The notes beneath the pieces were generated by a model. That model did no database searches, was not told the DNA's origin, and saw only the letters and a list, made by a program, of their open reading frames with translations. Source: Kudoa neothunni (taxonomy: Eukaryota; Animalia; Cnidaria). From it: a stretch of 64,000 bases of DNA. A program made the translations under genes and the position numbers. Where the stretch lies: contig OZ199839.1 in assembly GCA_964304625.1 (NCBI GenBank), positions 6,151,000 through 6,214,999 on the forward strand, read 5' to 3'. Positions within the stretch are counted from its first letter, which is position 1; every line of letters starts with the position of its first letter. Positions 1-12,282 of this stretch are shown here, in pieces.

Positions 1-386
1 CAAACATAAATAATCGAGTTTGAAATGGTAAAATTGATGCAAAGTGAATTATTTTAGTCAGCGCTTATTTATAACACTTTTCCACGCATAAAAAATATTG
101 TAAGAATCCAAATATAATAAACGATAATTACGTTTTAATCAAATTAAATAAAAAGAAATACATACATACATACATATATACATACATAAGAAACAAAACT
201 CCTAATTTAATTTCATTCTAAACATAGTTTTAAGGGAAGGATGAAAATCCACAAATTGACATTCTTTTTACGAGTGCCAAACCAATAATTTGGTCAATAA
301 TAGAACCGAGAAATCAAAGTACTGGAAAATGATGATAAATATTTCTACAAGTCTGATTATACTAAAATATAAAAACAGAAAAAGTG

Positions 387-1561
387 TTAAATTTTGAGGT
401 TTGTCATTTCTTCATCAACCATAGACAATTCAAACAATGATTTTATATGATTTTCAAATTCGACGTCAGAATTTTGGTAGATTTTTGCAAGTTTTTCAAG
501 TAGATTAAAATCGTCTTTTATTCGTTGGAAAAGTTTATTCTTTAAAAAGTTGATTTTTGGGGCGTTTGTTTTGTCATTCATTGCTACAATAAAATTAAAA
601 ATTAACAAAAACAAAAATAAACATTTTATTCGTGCATTAACGAGTAGTCTCAACAAACAATCGATTCGATGAAGGATTGAGTTGCTGTTGCTGTCGTTTG
701 ATTCGATCACTAAAGAGTTCGGATTAAGGAGAAATTTTCCTGGTGAACTCAGCTGCTGAATTTTTTCAATAATACAATATCTGAATCAAATAATTACCAA
801 TGCAAAATTACTTAACCCTTACATCTGGTCGTCATCCATCATATCATTGTGAACAACAACAGTGTTAGTTTCCCATTTATTTTCCATTGAAGGAATTTCG
901 AAAACGTTATACAAATTTAGTAAACATTCATTAGAAACTGAAACAGTTTTTTTAATGTTATTGATATCATGGTTATGACGAAAATTTGGCGTTGTAATTG
1001 GAGGGAGGTTTCGTTGGCTGTTTCTTTTAAGCAAAATCTCCTTATCACAATCCAAGTGTATTTGTAAATATCCAATCCCATCTACAATTGAATAATCATC
1101 TTAATCTATGAAGAATCCATGTGATGCATACATTTAGATGCGATTCTATATATTTGGTATCTCATGCTTTTATAATGGAAAGTGTCATCAAGTAGAAAAC
1201 AAATGCTATCAAAATTAAATTTTTGATCTAAATTTCTGTTTATGATTGCATTCGGGAAATATTGATTTGCCAGATGAACTGAGAGTTGGAAATAATTATC
1301 GTTTTGAAAATTTATTGCGATTAATTCTTCCAAAAGTTGACCTAATCGATCGTGGATATTCTTTCTAACTTTTTTGTAAGCATTTCTTTCTTTTAAAAAA
1401 TCTCTTTGGTTTATTTCTCCAATTTCGACATCGAAGTCAATACAGACTGGTAATATTGGGAATTGATTCATGGAAAATGATATCCGAGCACAAAGGGTAC
1501 TCTTACCCGCCGCTGGACAGCCACACATGACCACGAAACATATTCTCAATTTTTCACTCAT
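387..1561 (-). CDS. PSTK: L-seryl-tRNA(Sec) kinase, about 4 exons
   Basis: N-terminal P-loop MCGCPAAGKST and the motif LLDDTFHYKSMRYQIYRIA, matching the PSTK LDDNFYYxSMRYEVYQLA block. A 50-nt GT-AG intron (1082-1131) restores KYGIGYLQIHLDCD in frame. ORFs 819-1055 and 387-710 supply the later exons. Confidence 0.85.
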
Positions 1562-1639
1562 TTTGTAAGTTAAATTTTCAGGTTAAACCATCAAAAACTT
1601 AAAATGATTGTTGTTGCGTTGCGCATGCACCATTTATAC

Positions 1640-3018
1640 ATAACCCTCCAAGTACAATCGGAGACTTTTGGACCCCAGGCGACATTAGTTATCAATTTTC
1701 TATCACCTTTACTTGTGAGAAATTTTTGGCGGTCAGTCAATTTTTTTAAAATGTTTTGTAGTAAAATTTCACTAATTAATAAACATTTTCATTCCGTAGA
1801 AAAAAAGTTAAAGCAAAAACACCCGACAAATAAAATTGAGGTATTTTGGACCCCACGATTTTTTTTCATCTAATTATCCAAAATATCGATTTATATGTTT
1901 AGGGGAAATTTCAAAAAATTCTATCGAATAATTATATTTTTATTGCATGAATATCATATCTTAATTTGCATCGCGCATGCACCATAATTAATTTCCATTA
2001 CGTGTTCAAGTGATCCTGATAATAATTACTCTGATACCTATTCTTCAGATTCATTTTCTTCGTTTCATGATTATTTATCGTTAGAAAAATTTGATATTGA
2101 TACAGATATATAACATAACTCATTAATACACATAAATGGAACGTTACAGTCGATGAACTCGCCGTTGGCATCTAGAATCTAGAATGATTCTAGAACGTAT
2201 ATTGCAAATATTATGAATAGACGTTCTGGGATTTCTCCGTTTTTATTACAATATTATTGATAATTTCAGAATAATATTTAATTCTCTTATATATATACGC
2301 AATTATTTTAAATTAAAATATATTCAGTATATGGGTGGAAAGCTTTTTGATGATAAAGGGGTCGATTTGGATGAATTAGAATTGATTGGATTCATTAGCT
2401 ATTTATTACTGATGGGAATTTGCAGGGATAATCGAGAATTGATTAAAGAGATATATGGGTTAGAGGAAGAAGGAAAGATATATCGTGATTTATTCTCATT
2501 ACATAAATTTCTTCAAATAATACGAGTTTTACATTTTGATGGTATGGAAAATATTGAGGTAACAAGATAGTCCGGATGGATTTTGATAAATTCATTACCT
2601 ACGCCATATTTGGGTGGATTTTTTACATTTGGTTATCGGCCTAATGAAGATTTCAAGTGTATTATCTATGATACCTGTTTTATGTAATAATATTATGCTG
2701 TTTTTGACAAAATTTAACCGCATATTATAATAAAGAATTCATTTTGCTAAATGAACTGAATTTGAGTTATGTTTATAGAAAATATGTGATCTAAAAAGTA
2801 ATACATACACATACACTGTGGTTAAAATATTTCTTTATCATTCACACAGTATTACATGATGTCATTTATGAAATTATTGAATATATAATCTATCAAATAT
2901 TTTAAAAACTTCTATAAATACATATTTTTTCAAATATTTTATCAAATAAAAACGTTGGGTCTTTCGGACGCCAATTATACTTGGAGGATGTATATTTTCA
3001 TGTGACTTAGAAGGTTAA
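1640..3018 (+). mobile_element. Degenerate piggyBac-family DNA transposon
   Basis: ORF 2331-2570 (ELIGFISYLLLMGI..KIYRDLFSLHKFLQIIRVLHFD) resembles a PGBD4-type transposase segment. The left end ATAA-CCCTCCAAGTACAATCGG is an inverted match to CCAATTATACTTGGAGG (~2971-2987), and the right end is AGAAGG-TTAA (3015-3018). Confidence 0.7.
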
Positions 3019-3649
3019 CAACTGTCCATAACAATAAATGTGTCATCGTTATCAGCAGTATGTAAATGATAATATCGATATAAAGTTAAAAATTCTTAAA
3101 CGTACAAAGATAAGTTATTTATTTCAATATTTACTAATCCTTTTTATTTTCGAAAATTTATATCAAATATAAGATGAAAATTATTCCAAAAATTAATACT
3201 AACTGAAACAATTTGTTTTTTATTCAGTTCATTTATTCGCAGCTAAATAAATAATAAAAATAACTGAAATTTTTTCACCAATTAATTATTATTATCCTTC
3301 GCTTAAAATAAGCATTAACAGATTAGATAATGATTAGAGAGATGTTATATTGTGGAATAGAAGATTTACTTTTCTGATAGTTATGTGTTTAATAAACGGT
3401 AATTATTTAACTTTAATAATCATTTAAAAACGGGATAAATTTAAATTCCATATATTCATAAATACCGAAATACAATAATGAGTTTTAAGCTGTTGATTCT
3501 ATATCCGATTTTTAAGTTGTGATAAACACGGTCGCCAGGCTGATTAGACTCAATAGGGTGTAAACCAACGCAAACATGCAATCGTGGATCACGTGTCGTT
3601 CAAATCATCCGCTATTCATATTTTCGACCTAATCTCTATTCAAAATCAA

Positions 3650-6600
3650 ATGGCAAGCAGAATAACAACATCTTTCGATGCGTCCAAATCGAAGGGATTT
3701 TTAAAATTTAACGAAAGAATCTCTAATCAACTGAACGAATTGAAAAAGATAGGAACATATAAGTCGGAAAGGATCATTTCCTCACCTCAAGCCGGAGTGA
3801 TACGCGTTGAAGGAAGAGGAAAGGGGCTGTTGAATTTCTGTGCGAATAACTACCTTGGGTTGGCAGTACGCAATTGAAAATTATAGATAGATAGATAGAT
3901 AAATAAATACATAAATTCGATCTAGAACAACAACTATGTCGTGGACAATAGTGTGAACATGCTGAAATCTCACGGTTCAGGTCTTAGTTCCGTTAGGTTT
4001 ATCTGTGGTACCCAAGTATGTTAATGGTCGATGGAGTCGAATGATTAATTTTTTCACATTATGTTATTTTAAAAAATCACTCAAATAATTAAAGTTTAAA
4101 TATATAAGTCACATTGGATTGTTTATTAGCACGTAATTTCCAAATTACCACTGATGAGTACTATCGTTTGATTATTTGATTATTTATAATGAAAAATTTA
4201 TTATTGAAAATCTAATTTTGATACATTATAGGACATCCATAAAAAACTAGAAAACACTATAAGTGCTTTCCACGATAGAGAGGATGCTATATTGTATATC
4301 AGCTGTTTTGATGCCAATGGTGGATTATTTGAATCTTTGCTGGAACCTGAGGATGCTGTATTTTCTGATCAACTCAATCATGCATCGATCATCGATGGTA
4401 TACGCCTGTGCAAAGCCAACAAGTTTCGTTACAACCATCGAGATATGAATCGTAATTTGGAGTTCAATAAATGCACAGTTTCGTTTAACTATCGTTTGAG
4501 ATTTGAGACAGTTGCTCGAAGAGAACAAGGACAAACGCACCAAACTGATTGTCACTGATGGCGTCTTTAGTATGGATGGCACAATAGCCCCTCTCAAGTA
4601 TGCCTCGATTGATGTTTCCTTGTGTTTGATTCACCTAATCCAGGGAAATTGTTGAGTTGGCGGAAGAATATGAGGCACTCACAATGATTGATGAATGTCA
4701 CGCCACTGGATTCTTTGGTGCAACCGGTAAAGGCACAGAGGAATTTTGTGACGTGATGGGAAAAATCACCATTATCAACTCTACTCTTGGGAAAGCTATT
4801 GGAGGTGCTGCAGGTAGGTTGTTATTATTGTGCGAATATATCACATTTTCGTCATACAGGCGGTTATACAACTGCTCCAAAAGTTATTGTGGATTGGTTG
4901 CGCCAGAAATCTAGGCCTTATCTATTCTCAAACTCACTTCCACCTGCGATTGTTGGAAGTGCACTTGCAGTAACTTGACTAGGTTGGTGTTGATGTAACT
5001 CAGTTTTAATTTTTAGGCCTTCGAACTAGTGACAAAAGACCAATCTTTGCTGAAAAGATTGCAAGAAAACACCTCTCTTTTTAGAACCCAAATGTCATCT
5101 AATGGTTTCACTGTTATTGTAGGTGGATTTGTTGTGTTTTGTAAATTTTGATCTACCACAAGGGCGACAACCATCCAATATGTCCTGTTATGATGTCGGA
5201 TGAGTCTACTGCGGTGAATTTTGCCGATAAACTCCTTGGTAAATCTTGCCTGTTAATTACTAAGGATTACCGTGTTTCTTTGAAGCCCATCAAAGAATTA
5301 AATGAGACTGAAAGTCTCCTTAAATTTATCCAATTGGACTCTAGAATTTTTAAAGTTCATCTCAGCTAATTCTTGTCAGATGGGGATTTTGTTTTATATA
5401 ATTTCTCTCAAATATTCAGTATATCTACGACTGATTAGCTATTAATTTATATTCAGTTTCTCTATGATTCATAATGGTTTATCAACCTTCTAATAATCGA
5501 AAACTATTTCTTCCAATAATCATTAAAGTGAAATGGTTTCAACTGTTTTTTTTCTTTACAATTAAAATTTATTTTTAAATATCATTGAAATTAATCGATT
5601 TCTTAATCACAATACTTTGATGTTAAAATCAATTACAATAGCTTTAAGAAGTAAAAATTATTTATTATACAGAGGTATAGCGTTCTTAAACTTCACACAA
5701 GCTAGATTTTAAATTATGCTAAAATAATTGGTATTGTAATTTTTTTATGCCTCGGATTTATTTATATATAAATTTTAATAAATATTTTACAAAATGAATT
5801 TAACAATTTCATTTACGAAAAGATAAAATAAAAGAATGTGTCGATTTTTCCCCCTATGATCTATCGATCTACCAGTCTATCGATGCAGGTTAGTATAAAA
5901 ATTTTAATTATTTAACGAATTTGAATCACCAATTTTTATTTTTTAATAAAGAATATTTATTTTTATAGAAAAACTGGAATTCAAGTTGGTCTTAATTATT
6001 TGAGTTGTAAATTGTATCACCTTCAACATCTCATCTAGTTAGAATTTAGTTTTAGTTCGGTTTGTTAGAGGATTAACTGAGAGATCTATGGAATATTGTA
6101 ATTTTAATAAAATATTGATGAATTTATTTTAACCCATGACTTAAAAAATAAATTTATTTGAGGAATTGTTCTAGAGTTAACTGATTTTCATTACTGCCAC
6201 TAAAGTTATGTACAACCAACATTCTACAATACGTATTTATATGATGTAGTCAGTTATTTAAATGCAGTCACCCTTATAAAATTACGTTCAATTATTTTAT
6301 CATAACTATGTTTTAATAAAAATGTTATTGACACAATTATTAACTGTTTTCTGTATTGGTCTAATTTATGTGGCTGGGCTTCAAAGAACATGGTCATGCT
6401 ATATCAGTGGTTCTTAACCTTTCTCGCTTGCGGACCTCTAATGCGTCCAATGAGCTTAACACGGGCCTCCTTTTGTTTTTATGCATACTCCGAACATGTA
6501 TATAAATGTTTCAACTAGAATCAATTATCTAATATCCCCTAATTATTAATTCAAAGATTTATTATATAAATTAATTACGTAGTGGTTTTTTTTGAAATAT

Positions 6601-7741
6601 TTATTAACAATCTTTATTTGCTAAGAAACGAATTATTTTTAATATTAAAAAAATTAACAACGTTGATGTCCTTCCCAGTAATTTTTTTAAAATTACTAAA
6701 ACTACAACAAAGTATATAAAATGACGCATAATTTATTAAAATACAATATTTTATAAAATTCCTTGGATTAATATGAATATACATATACACTTTTAAAAAG
6801 AAAACCCATTCAACATTTTTTAAGTGAACACGTTTTTATAGCAATCGAAATATTTTTTCCATATAAAATCTCTATGTTCGTTAATTATTGTATTTATTAA
6901 AATAAAAAGTTAACAACTGAAGAATCATTATATTACAGAATGCGAATTCAATACGAAAAACATATTTCTTATATAAATAAAAATTAAGAAAATATCTAAT
7001 GAAATTTTTGTAGTTTCTTTATATCAATAAGTTCATGGAAATTTGACAAAATAATTGAAAGTGCGAAATGCATACAATTGATTTCTTGACTTTGTTTTTA
7101 TGGCGACCTGCGTAGAAAATTAGATTCGCCAAAATGAATTATCCTTCTAATTGTATAATCTGTAACTTTATTAAGTATTTCGTTTCAAATTTCTAGTTTT
7201 CGTGAAGTAATCTACTAAATGACTTTTATTTGTAGAAGACTGTTTACAAAATAGATGTTCACACAAGGAAATTTTGCAACATATATTTAATTTTTTCAAA
7301 AAAACAATAACTTAAGAGTATATTTAAAATTTTTAATAATTACACTAATCTTAAAAAAATCCAGTATAATGAATGTATGTTGACAAAATTGGATCCAAAT
7401 TTTATTGAAATCACCACGGCCCAGGTTAAGAACCCCTCCACTATACTATAAATTGAGTGTCTTATGGTGCTCATTTAATTGTTTAAATATTGTTTACCTA
7501 ACTAATATTAAAATTATATAGAAAAAGGAATTTACGTTATTGGCTTCACTTATCCGGGTAGTTCCTAAAGGTAACGTCTCATGGATTTGAATACAATTTA
7601 AATCGTGTTTATTCTTGAAATTTACATTCGTACTTAGGAAAAGCGAGAATTCGAGTCCAAGTGTCGGCAACCCATTCCCAAGAAGATGTGATACAATGTA
7701 TCAATTCATTTAAAGCTGTCAAAGAAGAGCTTCAACTTTAA
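3650..7741 (+). CDS. GCAT: Glycine C-acetyltransferase / 2-amino-3-ketobutyrate CoA ligase (PLP-dependent), about 10 exons
   Basis: Motifs [73 protein letters not shown] (PLP lysine), [10 protein letters not shown] and [12 protein letters not shown]. Stop TAA at 7739-7741. One extra G at ~7557. A 2.3-kb intron spans ~5239-7522. Confidence 0.93.
6405..7438. mobile_element. Non-autonomous hAT (Charlie/Buster-like) element inside the long GCAT intron
   Basis: TIRs CAGTGGTTCTTAACCT (6405) and AGGTTAAGAACCCCTC (ends 7438). Decayed 8-bp flanks TGCTATAT / CACTATAC with central TA. Confidence 0.7.
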
Positions 7742-8515
7742 TATCTTCTTTTAAGAAAATTAATTCTTGCTATATTTTTCTGTTACGTAAAAGACAAAAA
7801 TCTTTCTAAAGACGCATGTTTATTTTATTTTAAAATCATTAATAGATAAATCATTGTAATTTATGATTAGTAAACGTAATTGATCTCGTCAATTTTTTTT
7901 AAGTTGCGTCAGAGCTTCAGCTAGTGTTGAAGTCTTGCCGACTTAACAACTTCATCCATCAACTCGCCAACCATCAACGTGGTTGTATTGTTTTGAGCTC
8001 GCATATATAAAAGGAATGCGAAGGTTTTCTTTAATTAATATAATTTTATCAGCAAGGTAGTATTAGATACTTTAGTACATGAGAAATATTACGAGATTTC
8101 GATTTTTGACATTTTCCATATTCATATTCTACAGAGTTGTCTGAAACAGAGCTCTAAAGTTGAATAATCAAGAAAGAGTGTTTGTGATGAAGGATTTAAA
8201 CATTTTTCATTGTCAATAATGTGGAAAAATTTTAAAATTTATCTCGAGAAAAAATTAATTAGAAAGTAATTATGCAATTCCCATCCGATGCGTGAGCGAG
8301 TAAATAGGATTTACACCTTTAAATGACTTGAAAACTTTTAGAAATAAAAAAAAATAATTTCTACATAACAGTTTTGTAAAAATTAAAAAAAACTCGGAAA
8401 TGCAAAGAAACAAGTCGCAGATCTTCAATTATTTAGTGTACTTTTGCGTGATATAAAATTGCTAAATGAATCGGGGTTGATGCATATTTTCCCTGAACTA
8501 AAATTAATCATTCTT

Positions 8516-8521
<6 letters not shown>

Positions 8522-8557
<36 letters not shown>
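8522..8557. repeat. (TA)n microsatellite
   Basis: Pure TA run. Similar runs at ~15910-15941 and ~31958-31988. Confidence 0.95.
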
Positions 8558-8558
<1 letters not shown>

Positions 8559-8559
8559 G

Positions 8560-8916
8560 TATATAAAGTAGTAGTGTCTGTTTGTATGTGTGCAAATTTA
8601 ATATTTTATAAATATTTATGCATCATCATATTGAAAACATTCAACTAATGTTTTAAACTAAGAATCTAGTTTTGACAATTTTATGATGTGCAATCTGTCA
8701 AATCTCTACCAGTAGAGACAGCGCTATGAACTAGGATTAAGGTCACTTCTTATATGGCAAATTAATTAAATAAATCAAGCTTTATTTGTGTAATCTTTGT
8801 ACTATTTATCCAAATATTCTAAATTTATTTTGAACTTAAATGAACTTGACCCACTCAAGGCTCAAGTCTACTTGGTTGGACAAAGAAGCCTACGCAAAGT
8901 GGGGCTTTTGCGCTAG
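8560..8916 (+). mobile_element. Non-autonomous Helitron-like element, copy 1
   Basis: 3' hairpin CGCAAAG..CTTTTGCG followed by CTAG|T. Segment 8791-8869 is similar to 30826-30905. The 5' end is obscured by the (TA)n run. Confidence 0.6.
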
Positions 8917-8924
8917 TTCATTTA

Positions 8925-9818
8925 TCTATCGTCTACTATATAATAAAGCTGAAGTGTGTGTTTGTGCGATGAAATTTTTTCCGTATAAATAGATATTTAT
9001 ATAATTTCTAATAGTTTACGATAATTTAAAATTTCTATTATTTGTTATTACACGGACATAAGTTCAAAAATAATAAAGTAAACAGTGTTGTCCTCGGTGT
9101 TAAGTTTGTTAAGTTTGTTAAACGGATTAAGTGGTTTTACTAATAGAAATATGTTAGTTTTTTCATGGTAACGCTTATGACCATCTGCAAGTTGTTCTGA
9201 ACGTTTTTAGTGGCTCAAACTTAAGCTATAAATCCACGATTTCAAGATACATCTTATATCATTTATCTATATGTACATTTAAAGTAGATGGTAGTTAATA
9301 TAGCATAACTATGCGAATTTTCTAAATTAATGAAGAATTTGAAGCATATGTTATAATAAAATAGATTCAATCCCTACATACTGAGACTAGGTCTCCAAAT
9401 TTCGTTATAGCGACCGTTAAACTTAATTGTGAGCGATAAGATTCGAATTATATATTGAAATCTTACTTTATTCAATTATTTAAATATTCTTATTCAAATA
9501 AAGAGGCTATACGACGGTTTTGAGGAAAGAGTGTACAAAAATGTGTCGGACAAAGACATTAATTTGAGCAATAAAATTAATCATTATAAGTTATTACCGA
9601 GTTATTCAGGGTTTTCTACTTCCATAACTTCTCCAAAATGATCTCAATACTTTACTGTACCTATCACAGTCGTTAAAAGTGATATTTAAAAGGAAATATT
9701 TATTTAATTTCTCCTCTAAGCTAATCAAGAAGAGTCTTATATATCTTTAATATTTTTACCGTATTTTTCTATGATGAAATTTTTCCAATCCCCTTAGAAG
9801 CTGAGAAGTTTGCGCTAG
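8925..9818 (+). mobile_element. Non-autonomous Helitron-like element, copy 2 (tandem to copy 1)
   Basis: 5' A|TC..TCTACTATATAATAAA plus a TGTG tract, and 3' TTTGCGCTAG|T. No TIRs or TSD. Confidence 0.55.
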
Positions 9819-12282
9819 TGTGAATTAAAATGAATGTTTACATACGGATTCCTGACCGATTCATCAGAAAGAACTAACGAAAAAAATTTAAACTGATTTT
9901 TGTTGAAATATCTATCGGCACGTATCATTGTATCATTATATCATTGTATCATCATTATATCATCATTATATCATTATATTCAGGTTAATGTAGTTTTGAA
10001 TGTACTTAATTATTTTTGACCTATCGCTACCGTTTTTATAATCCAAAAATAATAAAATGCAACAGATTCCAATAAATAAACGTTATGAATAAACTGTAAA
10101 TAGGAATTACCGTGTTAAAATTGGCATCACGCGCACGTAGATGTCTTACTAAATTAAAAATTTACGTACCAATAGCCAGTACTTATTTTTTTACATCAGA
10201 TGAAATAAATAACATTAAAATAGTCGTTAGAATTTCTCAAGGATTGAGTTTATTAAATAATCCCACAAAAGATGCGAGAAACGTACACCCCACTCTTTTT
10301 TGTCATATTCATGTATAAAATAATTATAGATAAACTGGTAAATTCACAACGTTTTCTATCCATCATTTTTATGACAAACCAGTAATAATTATACTAAATA
10401 ATCCCACTAAATCCGATATATGAGATGTTGATAGCCTCGGACTCTTTCGCGTAAAAAAATAATATCAAGTGACACGATAAAATGTATTTTCTCAATAGGG
10501 ACAACTTTTAAAATTACAATAACCTCTCTAACAACTACAAAAAATTTTTACCAATGTTCCATATAATATATTGTTCCAAATAAATTGAAATATTGTATTA
10601 TTTTACGACAAATATTTTTGCCGAAAAAATAAAAAACAATCAGAAATAAATTTAACCCTTCGATAATGATAACAGTAGATCACTGGTACTGGGCGACCAT
10701 TCATAATATTTTTAATCCAAATTCTCCATGCAGAAGGTGTATTTAAATTCCACACAATGCATATTTTACAATTCAATGATCCTTCAATAAATGATATTGG
10801 ATTCGGAAAATTCATCCGCATCATCATATCTTAAATTAATCATCGAATTCCTTATCAGATGATTGGTTTTCCCTATTGTAGACGTAGACAGCAGAGCTAT
10901 TCGTTTTGTTGGAGTCGAGCATGCGCTAACTAAATTTGCGAACTTTAGACATCAAATCTACACAAGTCTAATCGATACAATTCTCTTGAACTTTTCTAGT
11001 AAAGAGCACATGTGGTAACGCGTTTAATTAACGAAACAAAATCTGGTTTGTATCACACCCCAACTCAACAAACCTTTCTTATACATCAAATTGACTTGAT
11101 TTGTACAATGAGTTGGTTAGAGTTTTTTAAAATTAAATAATTTTCAAAGTAATTATATATCTAATAAGTATTTTGTTCACTAATAGACTAATTAAAATAA
11201 AAAATTATTTGATCTTATTTCAACTCAGAATTAACCTACAAGAGTACAAAACACGATGGATTTATTTGGGATTAAAAAATCTACCTTCCAAATCTTTTGG
11301 ACAAGTTTTACCAATTCCAATCTAATTATGGAAATAAAAAATTCTCTCAAGTTTTATTGAATCCATCAAGCATTGTTAAATTCCATTATCATGATAATCA
11401 ATAGTGTCATATTTATTATTTTATCGGCACTGTATTATTAGTGAGATAATCCGATATATTATTCTGCTTGAGATTAGGGAAATTTTGTATACTTTAGAAA
11501 ACAAAAGGATATAGTTATGACAGGATGGGATGGAAGTGTAAACAAAAAATTCACTAACAATTCGTGCGCATGCGTTCAGCCGTAAAACGGTTTTTCAACT
11601 ATTCAAACCTCCGTTGTTACACCCTAGTGCACATCTCCATGTATCAAAAGATTTCAAAGTGTCATTCATTCACATAATGATACATTGGAACCCATTACAC
11701 ATCACCCGAGGAAATAAAAATATATGTAAAGAGTGGGGTATACTCTTAGAGCAATAATAAACATTCAAAAAATAAATCCACATTGCAGGTGAAATGATAC
11801 TGTCAACTAGATTTAAGGATTAAAAATAATTTTTTGTTCGATAATTTCCAACTGTATCGGTCATTGCAGGTTACTGATACAAAATTCAATAGCTAAATGG
11901 TGATTTGGCGAACAACTTGATTGTTCATTGTTCGAAAAGCAACTCATAAAAAAACTCCAATCGATAATTAATTAATGTTGTTAAATTGCGCAGTCTCAAA
12001 TCATTATCAACGTCAAGCCGAATATCGTAAGTGTGTGAGTGAGATTGAAGTGAAAGTCTAATTTATTTGAATCTCCACAGTTCTACTTATCCTAAGTTTA
12101 ATCAGCCCAAATCCATTTTAACTTTGATATTGTTTTTAATCTGTTTGTGAAGAAGTCTCGTGTGAGAGATATCGAGGTGTCAAGTGTCAATCTGGTTGGA
12201 GTTGTGTTAGGTACGTTTAATGGATATCGCGGTGTGGAGTTTAATTTTAAAAACCCCGTTTAGAACTATTAACTAAACGCCA

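Noticed and set aside
10600-11400. Possible hAT transposase relic on the minus strand (FVSLIKRV)
   Set aside because: A single short similarity, with no TIR, TSD or catalytic motif found.
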